From positions 1-42,556 of the IMG/VR virus record IMGVR_UViG_3300020045_003090: a stretch of 42,556 bases of DNA. The stretch is one strand, 5' to 3'. Made by a program: the position numbers and the translations under genes. Below are positions 35,041-42,556 of this stretch, in pieces. Source of the DNA: a virus (lineage: Duplodnaviria; Caudoviricetes). Each line of letters begins with the position of its first letter. Position 1 is the stretch's first letter. A model generated the notes under the pieces. It ran no database searches, had not been told where the DNA came from, and saw only the letters and a list, made by a program, of their open reading frames with translations.

Positions 35041-36933
35041 ATGGCATCACGTTTTAAATTTTACTTCGATAATATACTTGTAAGCGAACCGCTTAATTGG
35101 TCGGATATGTCAGTTAGCATAACGCGGCAGGATAACGGTGTGTTGATTCAACAGGATGCCGATGTGCAATTCGCGGCTGATAGCTATCAATATTTATACG
35201 CAAAATCGCAGGCCGATGGTTTTTGTAGTCAGGTAATTTACACCATATACGAAGATTGCAGTCAGGATGGCAACTATGAGTTAACCGATACCGGAATAAT
35301 ATTTATATCCGATTGTGAATTTGATTTAGATATGTGCATTTGCCGGTGCAAATTGCAGGATGATGGCTTTTATTCTAAAATCAATAACAATAAATCAATC
35401 GAAACATCTGTTGCCGTTGGTAAATCGAAGTTAGGCAATGACATCACCCCAGTTACACGCTTTGCAGTAGAGTTCTTTGAGCCTTCAACAGGCATTTATT
35501 CATATAACTGTTACTGTTATACGGTATTCGATGCAATACGTTATTACATTGACTTTATGAGTGATGGTGAAATAGGTTTTGAATCATCGGCATTAGATAC
35601 CGGTGGCGAATTTGAAGGAATGTGCATGACCACAGGCGCGGAGTTATTTTATCAGGATAATTCAGAATTTAACTTTACAAATGTTCGCAGGCCGTTTTCA
35701 GAAATAATAGAAACCGTTTGCAGGTTGTTGAATTTGGGTTGGTGGTTGGAGCGCGATTCGGCAAATAACCCGGTATTCAGATTAGAAGATAAAGACTATT
35801 TCTATGCTTCAACTATTGCTTTCAATCTTGATAACGTAAAAGGCATCAGCAAGCGTTATGCAAAGGATAAACTTTATGCAACCGTTACACTTGGCAGCAG
35901 CGATACTAATGACGATGTGAATTACACATTCCCTGAAAATATATCCTTTAACGGATTTTTGCAGGAACAATATCAAATGTTGAGTAATTGCAATATTGAT
36001 GCAAACTTGGACTTAACAAGCAATATTATACTTTCATCGAATGTTATTGAGGCCGCAGTAACGGCAAATGATAATTCTTATAACGATGGTTTGTTTTTGG
36101 TAGATGTAGATATGGCTACTTTAAAAGCTGTTGCATCTGATTGGTTGGGAACGCCCGATGTGTATTACAATGAAAGGCTGAATAATGCAAATGTATTGCA
36201 GCGTTCACTTGGTTATGTGCCGAATGAAATTGCAAACTATTTAACCGGTGTTAGTCCGTTATTTCAGGCCGCAAAGACAAGTAATCAGAATATTGCAGGC
36301 GCGGGAACGGTACTTACCGAACCGATTGCATTTCAGAATGATTCAACAGGCGGCAACTTCGATACTGATGGAGTTTGGAATACAACTACTTACGAATTTA
36401 CCGCACCAATAGCAGGGCTATACACTATTGATGTAAGTTTGATTTTAGATAATTTATTAGCCGGTAGTTATTCAGGTTATATTAAATACCGCGTTTACGA
36501 TGCAGGTGGTTTTGCCGGTGGCAATTTATATGACACTTACGAAAATGCATCAATAACAGTAGTTTCAGGGGTGCAAACAAAAACAGATACCTACCAATGT
36601 TTTATTCCGCAAGGCTATAAATTAGTAATGGCATTAGAATTAACAGGGTTGTTAGTTTCATGTAATATCAACACACTTTCAACCGTTGCATGTACGGCCT
36701 CAGATGCAGGTAATAATATTTTAGAAACAAATGACCCTTCGCGATTCCCGATTGAGAATTATTCGTTTGAATATCCGCTTTCAAAAGACCAATATAACAC
36801 GCTTAAAGATGCGCCAAACCAACAGATAACAGTTAATGACGGCACTAATTATCTTAATGGTTGGATAGATAAGATTGAATACAGCCGTAACACAGGATTG
36901 ACTAAAATATCGTTAATAAATATCAACACATGA
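35041..36933 (+). CDS. Tail tip / distal tail structural protein
   Basis: Follows the tape measure gene; acidic and beta-rich, with a C1q-like FTAPIAGLYTI segment. Confidence 0.6.
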   Translation: MASRFKFYFDNILVSEPLNWSDMSVSITRQDNGVLIQQDADVQFAADSYQYLYAKSQADGFCSQVIYTIYEDCSQDGNYELTDTGIIFISDCEFDLDMCICRCKLQDDGFYSKINNNKSIETSVAVGKSKLGNDITPVTRFAVEFFEPSTGIYSYNCYCYTVFDAIRYYIDFMSDGEIGFESSALDTGGEFEGMCMTTGAELFYQDNSEFNFTNVRRPFSEIIETVCRLLNLGWWLERDSANNPVFRLEDKDYFYASTIAFNLDNVKGISKRYAKDKLYATVTLGSSDTNDDVNYTFPENISFNGFLQEQYQMLSNCNIDANLDLTSNIILSSNVIEAAVTANDNSYNDGLFLVDVDMATLKAVASDWLGTPDVYYNERLNNANVLQRSLGYVPNEIANYLTGVSPLFQAAKTSNQNIAGAGTVLTEPIAFQNDSTGGNFDTDGVWNTTTYEFTAPIAGLYTIDVSLILDNLLAGSYSGYIKYRVYDAGGFAGGNLYDTYENASITVVSGVQTKTDTYQCFIPQGYKLVMALELTGLLVSCNINTLSTVACTASDAGNNILETNDPSRFPIENYSFEYPLSKDQYNTLKDAPNQQITVNDGTNYLNGWIDKIEYSRNTGLTKISLININT

Positions 36934-38993
36934 TAACACCTATTCCGAATCAACCTTTAGTTTTCAATCAGGTTGCTGATGAGTGTAATGATTCGCTTGA
37001 AAAACAATATTGCGCAAAGTTCACCACTACCGATGAAATTTACGTTCAATTTAAAAACGAACCATGCGAAGAAAATGAGTTTTGCAAATTTAACCCGGAA
37101 TGGGGCGATGACTTAATTACTAACGGCACATTTATGACAGACCCTTCGCCAGAATGGACTATGTCATTAGCAACGTGGGATAATGTAAATAACCGTGTAG
37201 TATTGGCCGCTTCAGATTCGTTTTATCAGGATATTTCAACAATGGTAACCGCTCAAAAGTGGCGCGTTACGTTTACAATATCGCAATACTCGGCAGGAAC
37301 TTTAAATGTAGCTTTAACAGGTCAATTATCATCAATACAAGGCGATGATGTAACGGCTGATGGTACTTATGTGCAGGAAATAACACTTGCCGGTGATGAT
37401 AGCAATACACCAATTACACGAATATCATTTGTTACCGGTGTAGGTTGGGTTGGGAACTTGGATAGTGTAAGACTTGAACATATAGTTGATTCATGCTATG
37501 ATATTTTAAATGATTGGACTTTGAATGCAGATGGAACATTGCAGCATGATACAGGTGCAGATTCATCATTATTTAAAGGTGCAGGTGATTTGGTAGTAGG
37601 TAATTACTACCGCGTTACTATTGTTACCCAAAATAGTACAGCAGGTAGTCTTTATTTAAGAAGTTCGGCAGGCGGTAATATTTATTCTGAAATTATTGAA
37701 GGCCAATATAAATACTACTTCACAGCTTTAACTACTGATTTATATGTAAATGCTACATCTAACTGGGATGGGCAAATAGTTTCGATTGAAATTGATACTA
37801 TGAATAAGTTAGGTGTTGGTGATATTTACCTGCACTTAAATGATGATAATGACGATGCTGATTTAAGTAATTACCTGCATTATGAAGGTGATTGTATTAC
37901 ACTCAAATTCACATGGGAAGATGCCGTTGAAGTATTGGCGCGAACACCTGAGCCGCAATGTTGCACATTGAATTATATTGATGCCTGCAATTACGATGAA
38001 GTAATGGAATCAAATTGCATGGAGTTCAGAACTGAACACGACTGCACAAAGTTAATTGTAGCGAATAACAGTTGTTCAGCTTTCGGTTTTGACTTTTCAA
38101 TATTCCGGTTGTCGCAACGCATACCGTTTATCAAATTCAATCCGCTTTATCCTTTCAGAAATGAATACATAACCGGCAGCGATGGAGTGCTTAAAAGGTA
38201 CTATGCCGAGCGCGAAAAGAAATACACCGCAAAGGTTGATTATGTAGATGAGCCGGTGCATGATTGTTTATCTATTCAATTATTGTCAGATGAATTAATG
38301 ATTGATGGAACTGAATACTTTTGCATCAGCAAAGATTACTCACCGGATTGGGCAACTGATGGAAAGATGAATGTAGCACAATCTAAATTTGAAATTGAGA
38401 AAGTTGATAACGTAGTATTTAATAACTCATGCTGCAATGATAGCAATTGCGTTATGGCTAAGGCAGGCGGTGCATGGGGTTATGAAAGCTGGACTGAAGT
38501 AGAAAGGTGGAACTACTTCCGTGAGTATTTGGCATTTAACGGTAACGGATTTGATGAAGAATGGCGATTCGTTTTAAAATCAGTAAAAGTAAATGGCATC
38601 GAGTACATAAATGGTTATTATCCAACACTTACAATAACTTGGGATGTGGCCGGTGTATTTTCGCCTGCATTGATAATCGAAAAGCGGCACGATAACAGGA
38701 ATATTCCTTATCATGTAATGAATAACCTGAATGACTATACTACATTTATCCAAAATGTAAATCAGTTTGTAAATCGTTATACAGTTCCGCATGGCATTGA
38801 ATTTTTTGATAACATGACTATTGCTCAATGGTGTGGAAATCCTACATTTGAAATCATTATGGATAAATATTATGATACATTTTCAACGGTTGATCCATCA
38901 AACGAATGGCATTGGAGAAATGACGGAATCAGTATTTATAACGGACTTAATCAGGTTGAACATGAAGAAACATGGCTGATAGAGAACATATAA
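36930..38993 (+). CDS. Tail structural protein with carbohydrate-binding-like modules
   Basis: DLITNGTF...W jelly-roll-like start; tail region context. Confidence 0.55.
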   Translation: MITPIPNQPLVFNQVADECNDSLEKQYCAKFTTTDEIYVQFKNEPCEENEFCKFNPEWGDDLITNGTFMTDPSPEWTMSLATWDNVNNRVVLAASDSFYQDISTMVTAQKWRVTFTISQYSAGTLNVALTGQLSSIQGDDVTADGTYVQEITLAGDDSNTPITRISFVTGVGWVGNLDSVRLEHIVDSCYDILNDWTLNADGTLQHDTGADSSLFKGAGDLVVGNYYRVTIVTQNSTAGSLYLRSSAGGNIYSEIIEGQYKYYFTALTTDLYVNATSNWDGQIVSIEIDTMNKLGVGDIYLHLNDDNDDADLSNYLHYEGDCITLKFTWEDAVEVLARTPEPQCCTLNYIDACNYDEVMESNCMEFRTEHDCTKLIVANNSCSAFGFDFSIFRLSQRIPFIKFNPLYPFRNEYITGSDGVLKRYYAEREKKYTAKVDYVDEPVHDCLSIQLLSDELMIDGTEYFCISKDYSPDWATDGKMNVAQSKFEIEKVDNVVFNNSCCNDSNCVMAKAGGAWGYESWTEVERWNYFREYLAFNGNGFDEEWRFVLKSVKVNGIEYINGYYPTLTITWDVAGVFSPALIIEKRHDNRNIPYHVMNNLNDYTTFIQNVNQFVNRYTVPHGIEFFDNMTIAQWCGNPTFEIIMDKYYDTFSTVDPSNEWHWRNDGISIYNGLNQVEHEETWLIENI

Positions 38994-39280
38994 TGCAGCA
39001 TACAAAGCCAGCTGAGTTTTGGGGGCAATTGACCGATGAAAACAAACGTGCTTTCACCACTATTGCCCACATTATACGCAGTCAGGTTGATGTTGCATTG
39101 CGTGTATATTGTTACGGTTCGCGTGTTGGCGGATATTGGCGCGAAGATTCAGATTATGATATAGTAGTTGGAAGTTGTAAATCGTATCATAAAGAAAAAT
39201 TATATAAATTGAAATTCCCTTACAAGGTGGATTTAAAAATATCAGTTAGTAAAAACATAAATTATATCGAAATACCATGA
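38972..39280 (+). CDS. Minimal nucleotidyltransferase (MNT, Pol-beta family)
   Basis: VYCYGSRVGG...DSDYDIVV...KVDL. Confidence 0.75.
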   Translation: MADREHIMQHTKPAEFWGQLTDENKRAFTTIAHIIRSQVDVALRVYCYGSRVGGYWREDSDYDIVVGSCKSYHKEKLYKLKFPYKVDLKISVSKNINYIEIP

Positions 39281-40353
39281 CATCGCAACAAATAGTAGAT
39301 GCATTAGAAGCAGGTACGCTGATTATACCGCCTCAGCAGCGCGAAATATTACAGGCATTAGCGGCAGTAGTAAACGGTTCGGCTGATGCCGGGTACGTTA
39401 CAATAGTTGATGAACTTGAAGCCGGCACTTTAGTAATCGAACCAACCTACCGCGAAATACTTGAAGCACTTGCAGCGGTTCAAAATGGTTCAGTTGATGC
39501 GGGTTATGTAGCTATTGTAGATGAATTGCAGGCAGGAACTATCAACGTGCCGCGCGATTACCGCGTAATTTATCAGGCAATAGCTGATATTATCAATAGT
39601 GCGGTTCCCGCAACACCCGACATCGAATTTATTGCCGATGGCGCAACCTTTACAGGGTTCGGCCTAAACGCACCTGTCGGAGTTGATAACATTTCTGTGG
39701 ATTGGGGCGATGGTAACACGGAACTGTTTAGCGGGGATGGAAACACAAATGAATTAGCACACACCTATGCTGATTCTGACCCTTATACGGTTTCAGTAAC
39801 TGTTACAGGGGCAACTGAATTTATAGTTAATTATGATGATGGCGTAGGGGCTGATAGTTTGTTGACAGTATTAACAATGCCTGCAAGTATTTTAGATTTT
39901 AATGTTGGGTTTAATTCTAACTTAACAAGTATTGATACAACAGGGTTAATAGGTTGTACTTCTTTTCAATGTAGTGCTTGCACATCATTAACAATACTTG
40001 ACACGACAGCATTAACAAGCTGTAGCTATTTTGTTTTTAATGGCTGCACATCATTGAGTACTATTGACACAATAGGGCTAACAAGTTGTACTAATTTTGC
40101 TGGTTATAACTGCACATCATTATCTACCATTGACACGACAGGGTTAATAAGTTGTACTACGTTTGATTGTAGAAATTGCACATTAGACGTTACAAACGTA
40201 AACAACGCCTTAATAAACATAGAAGCAAACGGACTATCAAACGGAAGTTTCGATTCAAGCGGCCAAACACCCGCAGCCGTACCAACAGGAGCAGGTGCAA
40301 CGGCATCAGAAGATTTAGTTAGTAATGGCTGGACTGTGTCGGTAGATGCTTAA
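39277..40353 (+). CDS. Repeat protein: three 37-aa repeats, a PKD-like domain and leucine-rich repeats
   Basis: IVDxLxAGT three times at a 111-bp period; VDWGDG; about four 22-aa CTSLxxIDTxGL repeats. Confidence 0.65.
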   Translation: MTSQQIVDALEAGTLIIPPQQREILQALAAVVNGSADAGYVTIVDELEAGTLVIEPTYREILEALAAVQNGSVDAGYVAIVDELQAGTINVPRDYRVIYQAIADIINSAVPATPDIEFIADGATFTGFGLNAPVGVDNISVDWGDGNTELFSGDGNTNELAHTYADSDPYTVSVTVTGATEFIVNYDDGVGADSLLTVLTMPASILDFNVGFNSNLTSIDTTGLIGCTSFQCSACTSLTILDTTALTSCSYFVFNGCTSLSTIDTIGLTSCTNFAGYNCTSLSTIDTTGLISCTTFDCRNCTLDVTNVNNALINIEANGLSNGSFDSSGQTPAAVPTGAGATASEDLVSNGWTVSVDA

Positions 40354-40366
40354 AAACTAAAAAAAC

Positions 40367-41083
40367 ATGAAAACACTACTATTCATACTACTATCACTAT
40401 CCGTAAGTGGTCAACAAATCATCAGTTGCGATGATTTTGAAAATGGCTTGAATGGATGGCAATTCACCTATCCTACTAACCATGTAAATTCATGGAAGGT
40501 ATCAACGGCAGCGGGCAATGGTAATAGTATGTTTGTTACATGCGATAACACAAACTTCAATTACTGCAACGCAACATCAGGAACTGAAAGGATAGTTGTG
40601 TGGAAGTCTTTTAACACGGCTCAATGCAACGGTGATTTATTGATTACTTATAATTGGAAAGGTTTTGGAAACGGTACATTCGATTATGGTTCGTGGGGTT
40701 TAAGCAATAACCCTACATCGGTTAACAGTTGGAATATTTACACAACTGCACACAGCGGCACTAATACATGGGTAAGTGCATCACTGTTGCTAACATCAAA
40801 TTGGACTATGTTTTATAATGCAAGTCTTAAATTCGGATTTACGTTTGATTACAATAGTAACACAATAGGCAGTTCATCATTCGCATTCGATAATTTCTGC
40901 ATCAAATGTTTTCAAGCACCGCTATCACTCGATACCACAACAGCACAAAGTCAAACTTACATCATTGAAGATAATCCGATAATTAAATTAATTGACATCG
41001 CAGGCCGCGAAATAACCGAACCTAAAGGACTTTATTTTATTGTGCGTAAATTTGGCAAGCCGCAAAAAGCATTTAAATTATGA
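40367..41083 (+). CDS. Secreted protein with a T9SS C-terminal-domain-like tail
   Basis: Signal peptide ending SVSG-Q, DDFENG...W module and C-terminal IKLIDIAGREI...GLYFIV...K. Confidence 0.55.
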   Translation: MKTLLFILLSLSVSGQQIISCDDFENGLNGWQFTYPTNHVNSWKVSTAAGNGNSMFVTCDNTNFNYCNATSGTERIVVWKSFNTAQCNGDLLITYNWKGFGNGTFDYGSWGLSNNPTSVNSWNIYTTAHSGTNTWVSASLLLTSNWTMFYNASLKFGFTFDYNSNTIGSSSFAFDNFCIKCFQAPLSLDTTTAQSQTYIIEDNPIIKLIDIAGREITEPKGLYFIVRKFGKPQKAFKL

Positions 41084-41919
41084 AAGACAAATCAACAGGA
41101 ATAGTATTCATTGCAACAGGCGCGCCAGAATATGGTTGCATGGCTGCTGCATTAGCCGCGTCTATTCTTGCAACTGAATATATTAGCATATCATTATACT
41201 ATCATGGTAATGCTATTGCCCGGTTATCCGATGCAGAAAAGAATCTATTTGCATCAGTAGAATTATTGCCCGATAAATACATAATGAATGGGGTTAAAAA
41301 GTTGCCATTTAAGCCAAAGGTATATTTGCATAAAATCACACCTTACAAACAAACATTATATCTCGATGTAGATATGGGGTGGAACCCGGCAAAGAAAGTA
41401 AGCGAATTAATTAAATCATTTGGCGAACGCGAATTTGTTACTATTTGCGAAGGGTACAACAACGCAAATAAGCGTTATCAAACATGGGCTAATATTGATG
41501 ATATTAAACGTGCGTATAATGTTACTGATATTCCGCAAACACGAACCGAATTAATTTACTTTGAAAAAAATGAAGTAAGCAATGCAATATTTAGCAAAGC
41601 TGCTGAAGTGTTTTTAAAGCCATTAGTAAACTTTTCAACCTACGGCAGTCATACGCCTGATGAGTTGGCTTTTAATATTTCATGCGCTTTAAATGGCTAT
41701 AAATTAGATAAATTCTCACCTATCTATTGGCACTATTTGCACAAAGGCGTTAAATGGAATAGTAACTATGCCTATTCAATGGGTGGGGCAGTTACTTCAA
41801 CAGAACAGAAACGAATTTACAACGGCATCATTCAGAATGCTTATTATAAATTAGGACTACAACGGTCGTACAAGTACATCGACAAAAAATATTTTGCCAA
41901 AAATTACAAAGTACTGTAA
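41080..41919 (+). CDS. Glycosyltransferase (GT8-like)
   Basis: TPYKQTLYLDVD (DxD) and PDELAFN motifs. Confidence 0.65.
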   Translation: MKDKSTGIVFIATGAPEYGCMAAALAASILATEYISISLYYHGNAIARLSDAEKNLFASVELLPDKYIMNGVKKLPFKPKVYLHKITPYKQTLYLDVDMGWNPAKKVSELIKSFGEREFVTICEGYNNANKRYQTWANIDDIKRAYNVTDIPQTRTELIYFEKNEVSNAIFSKAAEVFLKPLVNFSTYGSHTPDELAFNISCALNGYKLDKFSPIYWHYLHKGVKWNSNYAYSMGGAVTSTEQKRIYNGIIQNAYYKLGLQRSYKYIDKKYFAKNYKVL

Positions 41920-41921
41920 TT

Positions 41922-42556
41922 ATGAAATTCACACCACAACAGATACAAGAGTATCTTACCGACAAAACAAAAGTTTACCGCCAAAAAGAATACACCGTTA
42001 AAAGTGCGGCAAAGGTCGAAGTACATATCGATGGAATCTATCCCGAAAAACTGATTGAAGAACGCAGGCCTAACGAATCGGAATCAGTAAAGGCATACCG
42101 CGAAAAAATATATGTACCTATTACAAAAGATGCACCTGCCCGCGTGTTATCATCGCTTCAAAAGATTCGCAAGTCAGATGACTGGATAATTCAATATCCG
42201 AATGACGAAAATTCGATAATTGCTGAAGAAGAAACATTAAAGGAATATTGCGAAGAGTATTTTCCGGGATTCACATCAGTTACCAATTATATGTTTAGTG
42301 TTTACCTGCAAGCAATGGCAGGTGATGCTAATGCCGTTTGCGTTGTTGCGCCATTGACATTCGATGTTGAAGAAACCGAATACTATAAACCAATTCCAAA
42401 CATATTCAAATCAAAAAACATAATTGATTACCGGCAGGGTAAATATCTTGTTGCCGTTAACGAAGATGATGATTATAAAAAGTACTACTTCATTACTAAT
42501 GAAGAAATAATAATATACGGTGAGCGAAAACAGCATGAATATACTGAAGAATTGCG
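41922..42556 (+). CDS. Portal protein, 5' part (continues at position 1)
   Basis: MKFTPQQIQEY...RRPNESESVKAYR; open to the window end and in frame with 117..1190. Confidence 0.75.
   Translation, partial: MKFTPQQIQEYLTDKTKVYRQKEYTVKSAAKVEVHIDGIYPEKLIEERRPNESESVKAYREKIYVPITKDAPARVLSSLQKIRKSDDWIIQYPNDENSIIAEEETLKEYCEEYFPGFTSVTNYMFSVYLQAMAGDANAVCVVAPLTFDVEETEYYKPIPNIFKSKNIIDYRQGKYLVAVNEDDDYKKYYFITNEEIIIYGERKQHEYTEEL
42436..42556. repeat. Terminal direct repeat, copy 2
   Basis: Identical to 1-121. Confidence 0.95.

Noticed and set aside
18315-39764. Many minus-strand track ORFs opposite long plus-strand genes
   Set aside because: They are fully antisense to well-supported genes and show no motifs.
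28951-40353. Diversity-generating retroelement targeting the fibre or LRR genes
   Set aside because: No reverse transcriptase ORF, and I found no TR/VR pair differing only at adenines.
1-42556. tRNA or rRNA genes; alternative genetic code
   Set aside because: No cloverleaf or rRNA-like stretch was seen by eye (tRNAscan not run). Genes are intact and densely packed under the standard code.

Overview
This window is a complete, circular phage genome of about 42.4 kb: bases 42436-42556 repeat bases 1-121, and the portal gene runs across the join. It is a tailed phage, probably siphovirus-like. Its host is most likely Bacteroidota, because TAnnTTTG -7 promoter elements recur upstream of its genes. 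It encodes portal, minor head, scaffold, major capsid, neck/tail, tail chaperone (with a predicted -1 frameshift), tape measure, tail fibre, TerS/TerL, ERF recombinase, a ParB-MTase fusion, a replication initiator with iterons, VRR-NUC and six glycosyltransferase-like genes. I found no integrase, recombinase of the tyrosine or serine class, or endolysin. The standout feature is 5161-8962: an array of eight single-gene cassettes, each ending in a 96-133 bp attC-like hairpin (TAAC...GTTA). The roughly 15 bp left of each hairpin's AAC pairs with the 15 bp after the PREVIOUS hairpin's G|TT, the footprint expected of circular cassettes integrated at G|TT. The sites are non-canonical (extended GTTA-N3-GCAA end, asymmetric spacer). 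Every ORF is inverted relative to classical integron cassettes, two start codons lie inside the hairpin loops, and the array sits at one G|TTA point between two phage genes. It looks like an integron-like gene-capture system carried by a phage and relying on a recombinase supplied in trans. All protein calls come from motif recognition by eye, not database searches.
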